Shown here piece after piece: positions 23,702 to 36,039 of a stretch of 64,000 bases of DNA. Under the pieces are notes generated by a model, which did no database searches, was not told the origin of the DNA, and was given only the letters and a program-made list of their open reading frames with translations. The DNA lies in the NCBI GenBank assembly GCA_010405405.1, contig MU004236.1, forward strand, positions 508,576 through 572,575. The letters run 5' to 3'. Numbering within the stretch: position 1 is the first letter of the stretch; the number at the start of each line of letters is the position of its first letter. This DNA is from Microthyrium microscopicum. Its lineage: Eukaryota. The translations under genes were made by a program, and so were the position numbers.

Positions 23702-25127
23702 TGTACGAAGTGTTCCGGTGCAATGTAATATTGCGGCTAAGAAGGTGATGTATTTTCTAAGATCCTGGCTTGGTAGTAGTTGTTGGGTTGTCAGTGATCG
23801 TTTTTATAGAGAGTGCAAGATGTGGGGGCAATTGGCAATCAGGCTACACCTTCACAGCCCAGGTCCGTATTTCGTTGGTAACCAGCGAATATCGTTTGGC
23901 GACCAACGATGATATTGGTGATCAGTGTTCCGTATCCGTACAATAAGAATATCGCATAACAAACGGAGGTCAGTGTAAACATAGAGTAAGGAGGGATAGT
24001 AGCTCCTTCCACATGTTCCAAGACTAGTTCGTTCCTTCCATGCCGCTTGAGGATTGTGCTTGCCCCAATACCCACGCGGCTGCAAGCAAGGCAGGAACAA
24101 TTGAAATGCACCCCGCGGTCGTACCTGCCGCAAAGGAAGAACGGGGAGTCTAATTTAGCCTTGCCATTTTCACTATCAAAGTCGAGGTGTGATTCAACCT
24201 TACTTCATCTTTGCCGCAACTACTAGGTTCAGTTCATTCTCTCCAGCATCCAATTTGTATCAATGCAGCTAACAGAAGAGGGAACAGGAATTGGAATCCA
24301 GGATGCAGAGATTCAGAAAGTGACGTTCGGCTTGTCCCCACTCAGAACAAGGACTGCGATATCAAATACTCCACAGTGAAGGCTTGATTACCTGGGGATA
24401 CCTTGACCGGAATTCCGAATATTCTGACTGATCAGCAAGGTTTCTTTGTGTCGGGACACCTGAAAGAGACGTGAGAATTGGCTTGCAAGGTCCACGAGTT
24501 TAGTTCCCAGCCATCTGTCTTTTGGTCTGACATGATTGGCATTGTCTTGAACATCAACAACTGCAATCCAAGATCAACACCACTTGTCAAATCCGGCACT
24601 GTGGCTCTAGAAAAACACTTCGGCACGGGCCTACAACTCCAGCCTGGCGCGCTTAGCAGCATGGCATCTGAACTTGCAGGCGGCGCACAGCGTACCCAGC
24701 GTTCATTGCTTCTTGGACGTGCAAGGGCAGCGCTGCAACAGCAAAGGCGAGGACGGGTTGTTTTGTGAGATTTGAAGAGACACCCGCAGACAGGGTCATC
24801 GTCGGCCCAAGCTCGTGCAGGCAACTGCAGATGTCGGCTGAAAGTTGAGCGCTTGTTGCGCAACTTTAACTGGTTGTCAGCAACTCTAGCCGTGCGCCTC
24901 AGCATTAACGATCCCAGCCCTGCGCCCTCAATTGGTTCCAATGACCATGCTGCTGGACGCCAGTTCAACATCTGACTTGGAGTTGCAATGCTTAGAATGC
25001 TATCAAAGACTCAAAGTGCAGACGTCAAGCCAAAGGATCCCAGGCAGAGTGCCACTCCCTAGAATCTCCCCTTGAACTGTGTTTCCGAGATTGATTCCGA
25101 GCCTCCATGAGAAACATGACAATGCTA

Positions 25128-25274
25128 CCGTTTTTACCCTTTCAGTTGCAACGCTCTAGCGCGCTTTTTAAGGCGAGGTTTCTCCGTGAAGGACAGCGAG
25201 TCACTCCCTAAAGTCAGAGCGCCCCCAGCAAATAAAAGCGCGCTAGAGCGTTGCAACTGAAAGGGTAAAAACGG
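25128..25274. mobile_element. 147-bp MITE, copy B
   Basis: 41-bp perfect TIR CCGTTTTTACCCTTTCAGTTGCAACGCTCTAGCGCGCTTTT, TA on both sides (25126-25127 and 25275-25276). Same length as copy A, with a colinear interior. Confidence 0.85.
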
Positions 25275-25914
25275 TAGAACCCCGGCATGGCTGCTATCTT
25301 TGTGGTGAGTTGCACGGGGCTCTCATCAAATGCATGAACTTTGTAGCCGTAATTTGAGCCGGAACGAGCTCCCCGTACCCATTAGTAACTATCGAAGGAT
25401 TACACTAATTGCCAAATATCTCCTCACTGACCCAAAAGCATCGCGAGGCGTCTTTTAGACCGTTTAGCAGTGGTTCGTGGGACGCGATTAACGGAAACGG
25501 GAAAGTTCTGTGCTGCTCAGAACTTCTCTATACCAAGCTGTCTTTGCCTCTACTCTTACCTTTCCAACATTTGCATAACCAGCTTCATAAGCGTCTGGAC
25601 TCCTTCTCTTCCTTTGTGTCAAGTGTAACTCTCTTGATCAATCTGGATATGCAGCTTAAGATCGCCCCTAACCATTAACATTCGACTACATGAAAGTTGT
25701 TCGTTGCAGTTATCTCGACCAATCCCGGTTGCCCATCCCGCCATCCTGCATTTGAGCATCGCTTTCGGCCTGCTGACAGGTCCGCTGCAACCTTTCTCCT
25801 CTCGCAGACTCTCTCCAACCTTTTAAAATTGCATCCACGTCCATCAGTTCTGCACCTTAATCAACTTGAGCATCCTTCGGTGTGCTGTGTAGCATAGCCT
25901 CTCTCTAGCCAGGC

Positions 25915-28476
25915 ATGGCCATGGCTTCGGCACAGGCTTTGGTATGTTTCATTGGCCCACCTTCGTGCCCACTCACATCTTGCGACTAGACTTCTCATAA
26001 CTAATACTGTAACTTAGTTGCCGAGCCCAACTCTGAAATCTGCGTTCTCTCCTTACACAGAATCCCCTTCATCACCCGCGCCATATTCGCTAGTCTTCAG
26101 ACAAATGCAGAGGTGAGACTTGACACGCCGCATGACAAGCATTCGACTTACTTTTCATTTCCAGACATTCCGCCAATTCGGACTCGCTCGCTCCGCCCTC
26201 ACCATATCCAGCTACTGTAGACCCGTCTCCAGTAGAGTCAAATACTTCAGCATCTACGGACTCTACAGACATCGAGGTGGACGATTCGCATGATGGCATT
26301 GACGATGCAAGATCTCCAGCCATCGAACTGCTCAGTCCAGCCGGCCATGACACACCGGTATGCGCTACAGTCTTCATGACATTTACTAGGCTGACCAAGG
26401 CATTAGCCACTACCAGTACGAATAGACACCGAAAGCGCCGCTCGAACGCAGCCTTCCCCAGATAACGATCCACAATCTGTTATACATGCGCCAAAAGGTT
26501 TCAAGGGATTCGCAAATTCTCTTCCGACTCATCATGAAGATCCCAACAGCCCAGATACTCATGTAGTCCAAGAATCGAGGAGGGGTTCCACTGTGCCTGC
26601 TGTAGACCGGCGACGCTCCACATCATCCCCCGATGCGAAATCCGAACATACAGTCACTTCACCTGATAGAAAGGACAAGTCCGATCCTAACGCTCAGGTA
26701 ACTTTTTGTCAACTTCCATCAAGCGAATCAAACTAACAACACACAGTCTGGCAAAGATACTGCTCCAATTGACACAAGTGTGCCTGCCAGCAGGCATGGA
26801 GCAGGATCAACTCCACGTGCCTCAACCGCCGAAGAAGCAGAAGCAGAATGGAAAAGGCGACGATCTAGGCACAGTAGAAACTTATCAGGTAATCATCGGT
26901 AGTTTGGAAGTAAAGAGTAAGCTAACTAAAAGCAGAAGAATCCGACGACTCAGAACAGACCAATGGCAACGACGACTCTGGCTCAGGCGTGGAATCCATC
27001 GGAGCTGCTCTGAGGAGTATCACTTCTTCTGAAGAAGACGTTGCATCTTTAAAAGCAGCTCTAAGTGAATGCTGGACTTTATGCAATACTCTAGCAACCT
27101 TAAGTTCGTCGCATCGGCAACGAATGTTCAGCTTCGGAGGAATTGGTGAAATACAGGAACAAGCATGGAAAAGTTGCTGGAGGCTTTGCCAGAAACTATA
27201 CGAAAGCAGGGACGAGGATCATTCTAGCCAGGCCAAACCAACTCTGGAGCTATGCCGGGACTTCTGCCAGGCTCTATTTGAAGCACGAGTTCGAGGGGAT
27301 GAAGTTACAGACTCCATCCTCCGAGTCAGTTTCGAGTTGAACAACCACCTCCACAACACTCAAGATCGCAACCTGCCCGATGTTTTTACAGAAAGAACTT
27401 TGGAATTTTACCTAACCATGTGCCATCGGTTGATGAAGCAGAGAACATCCCTCCCAGAGGAGACGGACTCTCTATTGAGAGCTTGTTGGGGTCTTGCGGA
27501 GCTTTTATTTAGCTTGAGAGAGAACAACAGGGACAACAAACCAGTAGATGAAGAAATGCTCAGTTCTGCTGTCCAAGCTTGTTGGGATCTCTGCGATCTT
27601 TTCAGAGAAGGCTGGACTCAGGTAAGGCCTGATCGAGGAACACCTCGTCCATATCAAAGCAGGTTTCCGCCTGGACCTGGAGGATATTCTTCGACTCAAA
27701 GCTATGCATCCAGCCGCACCGGCATGTCCCGACCTCCTTCTTCCCTTTCACTAGTAGAGCAAAATCTTCCCTCTGCTCAGGAGCGGCGACTCCGCAATCA
27801 GATCGTTCCAGAAACGCCGACGACGATCTTTGATGATCGCGATGATGTTGCGTCCCCGACAGAGTCCGCCATGCCAAATATTCTAGTACTCGGACCAGAC
27901 CATCCAGCTATGCAGTCTCGCGTAGCTCAGAACCGATGGCCAAGTAGTGCCTCACAAGCATCTAGCTACGTTTCCGAGGCTTCACGGAATACCGGCTCTA
28001 CTCGAACAGTAGGCGGATCGCAGTACAATCAAAGAATGGTGGAAAGTTCACAAACATCCCCAAAATCAGTAATATCTACAACCTCCAATGGTGAAGACCC
28101 ACACCTTGTCCGCATCAAAGCTCTCATCCTCAAAGCTGCTCAAAACAATGGATATCCACGAAACAGCAGCATAAATCCGCCATCTCTCCCGAACTATGTA
28201 TCAGGTCTGCCAGTCACGTCGTTCGGCCACTTGCCTTGGCAAATATCGCTCTTTGAGTCGTATCGGAAACTCGTACTGTCGGATCCGACTCTACGCGATA
28301 CCAATAGCCTTCCTATAGGCAAAAGACTGTCTGCTCACGAGATTGCCAAAGCCGTGCTGTGGATCAGCAAAAATGAAGCTTTCCAGTGGTTGCATAGCCT
28401 GTACAACTGGGTCTTTGGCTTTGATCCAGAAGAAAGTCTCAACGGGTCCAACTCTGGAGTTGGTCTACAGGTCTGA
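25915..28476 (+). CDS. Fungal hypothetical protein (multi-exon)
   Basis: ATG at 25915 (MAMASAQAL), intron, LPSPTLKSAFSPY..., two further introns near 26.7 and 26.9 kb, then a long helical exon (ALSECWTLCNTLA...WKSCWRLCQKLY) ending at TGA 28476. Confidence 0.8.
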
Positions 28477-29136
28477 TTTCCGAATACTTAAAACACCAAT
28501 TCTTTCAGGTTCAACGAACTCGCCAATCCCTTCAATTCACGGATCGACAAATATCTTCAAACATCGGACAGCGTGGTCTGACCAACATACTTTCTCGCTT
28601 TTCATCGCTAGTTATATACCCCTACCTCTCGTTTTCTTCGAATATTTCCTCAAATTTTCTCACCCAAAGATTTGGCCCGGATCGGCACCTTAGACAGTAA
28701 ATATGGCACATTGGAATAGGATACATTGGGGCATTGAGAGTGACCCAATTAGGCTTGTCGGTGGTTGGATGTCTGGGCTTTCAGGATGGGCAAATGGTTT
28801 GTATAGTTTTGGATACAGCCATATTAGACTAGAGTAGTCACATATCTGTGCCAGCGGGCAGAACAATCCAGCCAATGATCAAAAACTGTGACCTCTCCAT
28901 CCTTCTGTGACTATTGAGTAGCCAAAGATTAAGCCGATGAGTTAGAAGTTTTACGCGCGCTTGAGGCTCTAGCGCGTAAGATGAGGCTCAAATTCATGAC
29001 CATAAGGCTGAAGACAAGGCTGGCTGATCACTACTTTCATGCGCTCTCAAGAGTGCAGAGTCCGAGCTGACTTGTTATCATTATTGTTATGGCATCAATT
29101 TAATCAGCCATCTACATCAACCGCTCAGATTATCTA

Positions 29137-31262
29137 TCAAACTTCCAATTTTTGCACAGAGCTGCCCTCTTGCTTTTCACCCATATGTACACCATGTATC
29201 TCCTCGACCGAGTGATCAGACAACACATCAGCATTTGACGTGTCAAATGGCAAAATGAGGAATAGTACATAATAAATGATCCTGTAGCACGAACGTTTAG
29301 TCTAGGTTTCAGATCGCAGTGTCTATCGAGCTACACTTACATTGCAAACACCAAGCCATTCAGCCATGAGAAGGTGTAGAATTCAATCTCTCCTTTGGAA
29401 ATCTTGACGGCTGGATTGATCGCATGAGCTAGACCGGGTAGCTGAGGAGCCATGCCGAGCAATAGAGCTGCAATAGCGCGAGGATTGAAACCTTTGTTGT
29501 ACCAGTATATACCGTGGGGCTTGTAAAGTTGGACGATATTGTAGGTCTTTGCTCTCCGGATGATTAGGTAGTCGCACAGTAACACTAGGATCTCGTTAGC
29601 CCATGGATTGAATAGGATACAGCTGCAGGATAGATGACTTACCACCAACTAAAGGTCCCAAGAAAGTGCTATATCCTCCAATGAAATTGAAAAATGTAGA
29701 TGCCTTGGCCTGAATAAGCCAAGGATTGCACGCAAAGCCTACTATAGCGCAAATGACTTGTCCTCGACGGAAGTTGATGTATTTTGGGAATGCAGCTGTC
29801 AAGTCATTGCCGAATGGGACTGAGTTGCCGGAAATGTTGGTTCCAAGCATTGCAAAGGCGAATAGTAATCCAGCGAAGAACTTTGCTGGTCGGTTGTCCC
29901 AGAGCAATATGATCTCGGTCGGGTTCCAGAGTACTTGGCCATATACGACTTGAGATGTTGCTGCTAGGATTGAGCCAAGGAGTTCGGTGAGGGTGATGAA
30001 GAGTGGTAATGCGATTGCTTGGGCTGCTGCGGAGGCTCGTGGTTGTCTTGCGTATCTGGTTATGTCTGGCATGCTGGGAGTTGTTAGTATTTATTTCGTC
30101 AGAATATAGACTTGATAACGTACTTTACTGCAAAGGTGGCATTTGCGCCTATTGTTGCTAGAGTTGTGGCACAAAATACATATCCCTATAAGAGACATTA
30201 GTTCGAAATTATGGTGATTGATGGAGGATAATTTACCACTGACCACCCGCCCTCGATCTTGTTAGGTATGGAAAAGAGTGGCCCGACGCCGTGGGAAGCA
30301 GTCAAAGCCCAAGTGAACAATGCTACATAGAAGAAAGGCATCTATAAGGAATGGTCAGAAGAATTTCGTGGACTGCATTTGAGCTTCTTACCAAAACAAT
30401 CTTCACAGTGAAGATCCATCGTAGCGCCGAGATTGATATAAGCAGGAACGGAAACGATGCGAGCCAGAACAGACTGAAACATAGCAAGTCTGGTGCTGTA
30501 ATGGCGGCACTGGCTGGAAGGCTGTGCGCATGCCAGGTTTTAAAGGATGGCCAGATTGCTTGGGTTAGATATTAGTATCTCTTGTTCTTTTGATGGTCAA
30601 TGTCGAGTCGCATACCTTCTATCATACATCGTACGGCACCTCCTCCTAGAGTCGCAATGACTCCATAAAGGATGAGACAGAATATCCCGCGAATCAACAG
30701 AGCAATATAGGAACCCCACATTCCAAAAGCAGCTCGAGCAAGTACTGGAAAGTTAAGGCCTGTTTTAGATCCTAGGTAGCCTGTGATTACCACTGGTGGC
30801 TAACTTTGCTGTCAGCCCAAGTTCAGATCAACTCGAAATTTCTCATTTGCAAGAGATGGAATAGCTTACCGTGACAAGGCAATTTCCAACGAAACAAGCT
30901 GCAACAGCCAGACCAGGGTTCAAGCCTAATGCCACAGCACTCGATGCCTGTGTAAGAGTTAATTGTCAACTCACTACTTCGGGAGCAAGAAAGATCAGAA
31001 TGAAGTCGTACCGTCTGCATCTGGGCCGCATTGAAACCTTTTCAAAAGTTAAAACAAGTTCAAACTAGATTAAAATGGTTTCTTCCATACCTTCGCCAAT
31101 CCAGAATCCCGATACCTGCCACCATTCCCAAGTTCTGTGTTCCTGTGGGACAGGATCTAAATCTTTATTGCTCCATCGAGCGGAATCTCCTTCTGAGGTA
31201 AACGATCCTTCTTCAGGATATAGTACTAGGTACTTGTCATGAATGGAAGTAATCGTATCCAT
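29137..31262 (-). CDS. NCS1-family nucleobase/allantoin permease (Fur4/Dal4-like), many introns
   Basis: RWSNKDLDPVPQEHRTW, LNFPVLARAAFGMWG, PDITRYA, GTNISGNSVPFGNDL...PKYINFRRGQ, CNPW, CDYLIIRR...YWYNKGFNPRA. TGA at 29137. Confidence 0.93.
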
Positions 31263-31510
31263 ATTGGATACTTGTGAACGATAAGAAATGGTCAGGAAAT
31301 AGTAGAGACAGCTTGTTGGTTCAACCGCTCAAGCAAGATCCATGAGTTGATCTTTTCCTGGAAACAGAACGATAGATATAACTATTTTCAGACATTGACT
31401 TCTCTCATGTTCCTAAGTAAAAGTCACTAGTACTTTTCAAGTCTTCTGGACCCTTATCTTGGGATCTTAGGCGACATCGGATTTGATAGGTTGAAGCTTG
31501 ACTAGCCCAT

Positions 31511-31530
31511 TGCCCGCGGGCCCGCGGGCA
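31511..31530. promoter_or_regulatory. Perfect 20-bp palindrome TGCCCGCGGGCCCGCGGGCA in a divergent promoter; candidate Zn2Cys6 site
   Basis: Read directly between the permease and deacetylase ATGs. A third CCCGCGGG lies at ~31674, with several GATA sites nearby (e.g. GATAAG 31280, CTTATC 31453). Confidence 0.45.
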
Positions 31531-31848
31531 TCAGTCTGACTTCCCTAGTTCTATCATTTCCTACTTTTTGATTTGCTGCTTTATGATTTCTCCATATCAT
31601 GCACAAGTCTTAATGTTCGATTAGCCTGATTGCCATGTTCCTTGCGGGTAACAAAACGGCGAGGTTTATAGAACCCGCGGGCCCCGAAGCCTTTCACATG
31701 TTGTCAATGGCTTCAGAAACATCTGGATTCGAAGAATTGAGATGAAAGACAACATCTTTTGAACCAAACTGTGTCTGTTTTTCAGCTTTCTGCAATTGAA
31801 AGACTCGAGCCTACAGTTGCGGTCATCACTTCTCAACAACCCGCGATC

Positions 31849-33148
31849 ATGCCTATTGTCCACGAGAGCCCTTTACAGTCTGTTGATGGAGTCGCTGTTA
31901 GCATAGACGCGACGAACATCGACCCATTGAAAGGGACGCGATTTGACTTTCCTCGAGACCTCATTGGTTACGGGCGGGATTCCTTCGACCCCAAGTGGCC
32001 CAATGGCGCGAAAATCGCCGTGTCCTTTGTCATCAACTACGAAGAAGGTGGTGAGAGATCGCTTCTTGAGGGCGACAGTCAAACAGAATCAGTATTGTGG
32101 GAACAAGCTCACGTTCCTGTTCGGATTGGATCAAGGGATCCTAAGATAGAAAGCGATTATGAATATGGTTCTCGGGTTGGTGTTTGGCGTTTACTGAACC
32201 TATTTGAGAAACATGGTGTTCCAGTGACTGCTTATGCCGTAGGTCAGGCATTGGAAAAGAATCCAGCAGTGGCAAAGGCCTTCGTAGATGGTGGACATGA
32301 AATTGCTAGTCATGGTTATCGGTCAGTGGTTCTTTCTCGATACAGCTTCTAGGCTGTGACTAAAACTTTCCCCAATGAAAAACATTACTATATGTACTAA
32401 CACTTTTCAGATGGATACCGTATCACAACATGAGTCCTGAAATGGAAATGCAGTATATAAAGAGACAACTACAGAGTTTGAAAGCAAGCACTGGTTCATA
32501 TCCAGTGGGCTGGTTTATAGGTAAGACTCGGCTTCTCTTACTACTTTCTCTCGGCTTCGTTTGGACACAAATGGGTCCCCCTGACTGGTGATATTTGCAA
32601 GATGGATTGAAGCTGACAAGTTTCCAGGCCGCTGTTCACCGCATACAAAAGCACTTATTCATGAGGCGCATCAAGATCAAGACACCCCTCTGCTATACTC
32701 TTCTGACGCGTTTAACGACGATATTCCATATTGGATCGATGTACCCTCCGAAGAGTCAAGTCCGAATCCTAAAGGCCTGTTGATGATGCCATACTCATAT
32801 GACTGCAATGATCTGAAGTTTCAGATTGCGCCTGGTAGCTGGAGTTCTCACACCGCCTTCTCAGACTACCTGAAAGCTTCGTTTGATACTCTTTATGTCG
32901 AAGGAATTGAAGGTAGGCCAAAAATGATGACCATAGGTCTTCACTGCCGAATTAGTGGTAAACCTGGTCGCTTTTCAGCCATTGAATCATTTCTCAAGTA
33001 CATTCTTGAAAAGGAGAATGTTTGGATAACAACAAGGAAAGATATCGCACTTCACTGGAAGGAGACATTTCCGTATGAAAAGAAGAGCTCAGAGAAACAG
33101 GCGAGCAAACAAACGAACGGAAATCATGCATCCAATGGTTATCATTAG
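31849..33148 (+). CDS. Polysaccharide-deacetylase-fold protein, PuuE/allantoinase-like (3 exons)
   Basis: RDLIGYG...WPNGAKIAVSFVINYEEGGE, ESDYEYGSRVGVWRLL, HEIASHGYRW, YSSDAFNDDIPYW, PYSYDCND, PKMMTIGLHCRISGKPGR. Confidence 0.9.
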
Positions 33149-33669
33149 CTTTTGTCTCTTCGTACTAGTAGTCTTCCCCTCCGCAATGAATCCCTTAGCG
33201 ATAAAGTTTATGCTTTGACCCTGGATGTTGTTTTGAATTCGATGCTTGCATAAGCTTGTTGTGTATAACCATCCATATTGACAATTAGAACTATTGAGCT
33301 CCTGCGTGTTAGGTCCATGAAGTCAGACATGTTCAAAGTTCTAGACTACAAATATGCATGTAACAAAAAAGGAAAGACGTGTGCAAAAGAGCTCGTTAAT
33401 CTTTCGAATACCATAAATAGTGCTTCAAATACTAAAAGGCTGTGTTAAGGCAACCAATCAAGCTGTTTAAATGATGAGATGTGGCGTTCTTCCATGCCTG
33501 CATCAAGATAAGCTTGACTCAAGTCAAGATGGTGATGTTGAGCGTCCCCTGACCTCATTCCTGCCTCTCACCATCTGCTGTTGTATAACGCTTAGTCTTC
33601 AACAAGACAGAGGCCTACTTTTGAATAATCCAACCTCTTCGACTCGAATGCATTCAATTCTGGGGTAGA

Positions 33670-35871
33670 ATGGATGGACTGAAGAAGCGAGCTCGACCTT
33701 GCGACGCCTGTAGGTGAGCTTCCCTGGCGGCTACCTCCTCAACCTTCCGATTTCGACATTTTAATGTCAGAATCAAGTCGCTTCCAAAGTTTCAGCTAAG
33801 CCACATGATAAATGATATGACGTGCTTTTGACATCGTTGAAGTGTGCGTGTGAAGACCTCGTTGACTTTTTCGCAGGCGCAGAAAAATAAGATGTCTCTT
33901 CGCGGCCAATGATTCGAGACAATGCGTCTTATGTCAATCGCGTGCTACAGAATGTACATTTGTAGAAAGTGCGCCGAGGAAGAAACGACTCTCTTACACT
34001 AGGGAGGCATCTAATGACAATTCAACGACAAAGCCAGTTGTTCGCTCACCTGGTTCTCCTCCGGCGACCCCTATTCATGACTATTCGAGTTTGTCGGGAC
34101 CAACCCTGCTCAAACGAACACTGGTAGGCTTCCAATCAATTCGAAGTCGAGAATATCTGCTAAAAAGACACATATAGGGTCATCAAAATCGACAATCATG
34201 CTCTTACTTTGGATTAACGTCAGAACACGACCCCAGTATCATCAACTTGTACCCCTTCGACCAGAATGAAGAGTGCCAAGCGAGCGGTATGGGGCGACCT
34301 GGTGTCGTACGCCGAGTCAACTCCAACACTCATTATCTTATGAGAGTCGACACGCCGAGTGAGATGGAGCAGGAGCTGGCGGACCTGGATCAGATAGAGG
34401 CTACTGTCAAACCACATGGACCTGCCCTCGTTAACCTCTACTTCCGAATAGTCCATCCAAGCTTTCCTATTATCCATAAGAAGGTGTTTTTGGAGAAGTA
34501 TTCTCGAACATATCGCGGTAAGTGCGCTATTCATCATCATTCGCTGTTTCCCTTGAGTGATTCTGTCAATGCGACTGGTACTAAGAGATAGCAGAACTCA
34601 CTCCTCTTGGCTTAGCCGTAGTATATCTTCTTGCAATGGACTGGTGGTCATACAGTCGCAATCTAGCCAGCTTTACCAAGCCCAATATCAAAGAGTTGGA
34701 AAGTCTCACGTCCAAAATGATGGCAAACATGCACCTTCGACCGAAAATCTCAGATATTCAGGCATGTTTAGTATTATCACAGAGATCAAATGGCGATTCA
34801 TGGGCTCGAACAGGATTGCTGGTTTCCATGGCTCAAATGTTGGGTGTTCATTTAGACTGTACCGACTGGGCAATACCGCAGTGGGAGAAGGGCGTGCGGA
34901 AACGCATAGCTTGGGCTCTTTTCATGCAAGACAAATGGGGATCATTGATCTATGGACATGCTTCACATTTGACGTGGGACAACTGGGAGGTCCAGCCCCT
35001 GGAGGACTCCGATTTCCCTGAAACCGCCGAAGATGACGACGAGGAAGAAGGAAGCTCAGAGATTGAGGTCGGCAAGCAGATGTTTCTGTCTATGATCTCT
35101 CTCACTGAGATTGTAGCTGATATGCTTCACAGCCTGTTCAGTCTAAAGATCATCAGGAGCAATTTGGCGACAAATGAAGTTCTCGAACGCGCCAAACCCC
35201 TTCAACTTCGCCTGAAGCAGTGGTATGCAGAGCTTCCAGCTTCCCTTTCAATGGGAGAAACCAAAGCTAGGAAACTCTCTTCGAATGGGTATCTCCACCT
35301 ATCCTACTTTGCTGCAGAAACAACTTTACACAGGGCAGTCATTCGCTCTCATAATGTCCCGGGATTGGACGAAGAACTTCGACTTATCACACGTAATGCC
35401 GCCAAAGTTAGGTTTACGTCTGCAGTGGATTTCATAAAGAGACTGAGATCCGAACATCTGCAAAGCTTCTGGTACTTTACTTCCAAACTCAATCTCGCAA
35501 TCATTGCGACCTTCGGCATTGTTCTTTGGATCACAAGCTCAGCGGAACAAGAACGAGAATTCTATGCCTCCCAGCTAGCAGAATATCGATGGATGTTACG
35601 AGTCAGCAGTACATCGGCTGAGTTCATGAAATACACTGTCACTCAATTAGATGTGAGTAGCTTTTTGCAGCAAAGTCTTGACTCTAGTGCAACAGCCAGT
35701 CATCCCAATGATTCCGAATTGGTGGTAAATGGTGGAGGAGCTCAAGTTCTGACCGATTATTTGAGTCCAAACAGTCAGCTGAATTGGTTGCAAAACATCA
35801 ACCAACAGTTCGAGCTCAATCTTGATGACCTTGCAGGATACTCGGTTGGCGACTTTTCGACATACCAGTAG
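33670..35871 (+). CDS. Zn(II)2Cys6 transcription factor with Fungal_trans domain (Dal81/TamA-like)
   Basis: MDGLKKRARPCDACR|intron|RRKIRC...CVLCQSRATECTF, then VKPHGPALVNLYFRIVHPSFPIIHKKVFLEKY, LGVHLDCTDWAIPQWEKGVRKRIAWALFMQDKW, HLQSFWYF. Confidence 0.9.
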
Positions 35872-36039
35872 AGCTACATGCTCACGATAACAAGTCCTAG
35901 AAGACGACAGCGTTCGCAAGACCTCCATGGAAGGGTACTGAGGTGTTTCTCCTTTGAAGCGAACCAGATTCATGGGTAGATGACTGCGGTATTCCACTCA
36001 TCTAACTAGCTGGCTCACATATCTATCTTCTCTGTTATT

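Noticed and set aside
28951..28979. Short inverted repeat TTACGCGC...GCGCGTAA
   Set aside because: Only an 8-bp stem in a convergent 3' region, with no TSD or second copy. Chance cannot be excluded.
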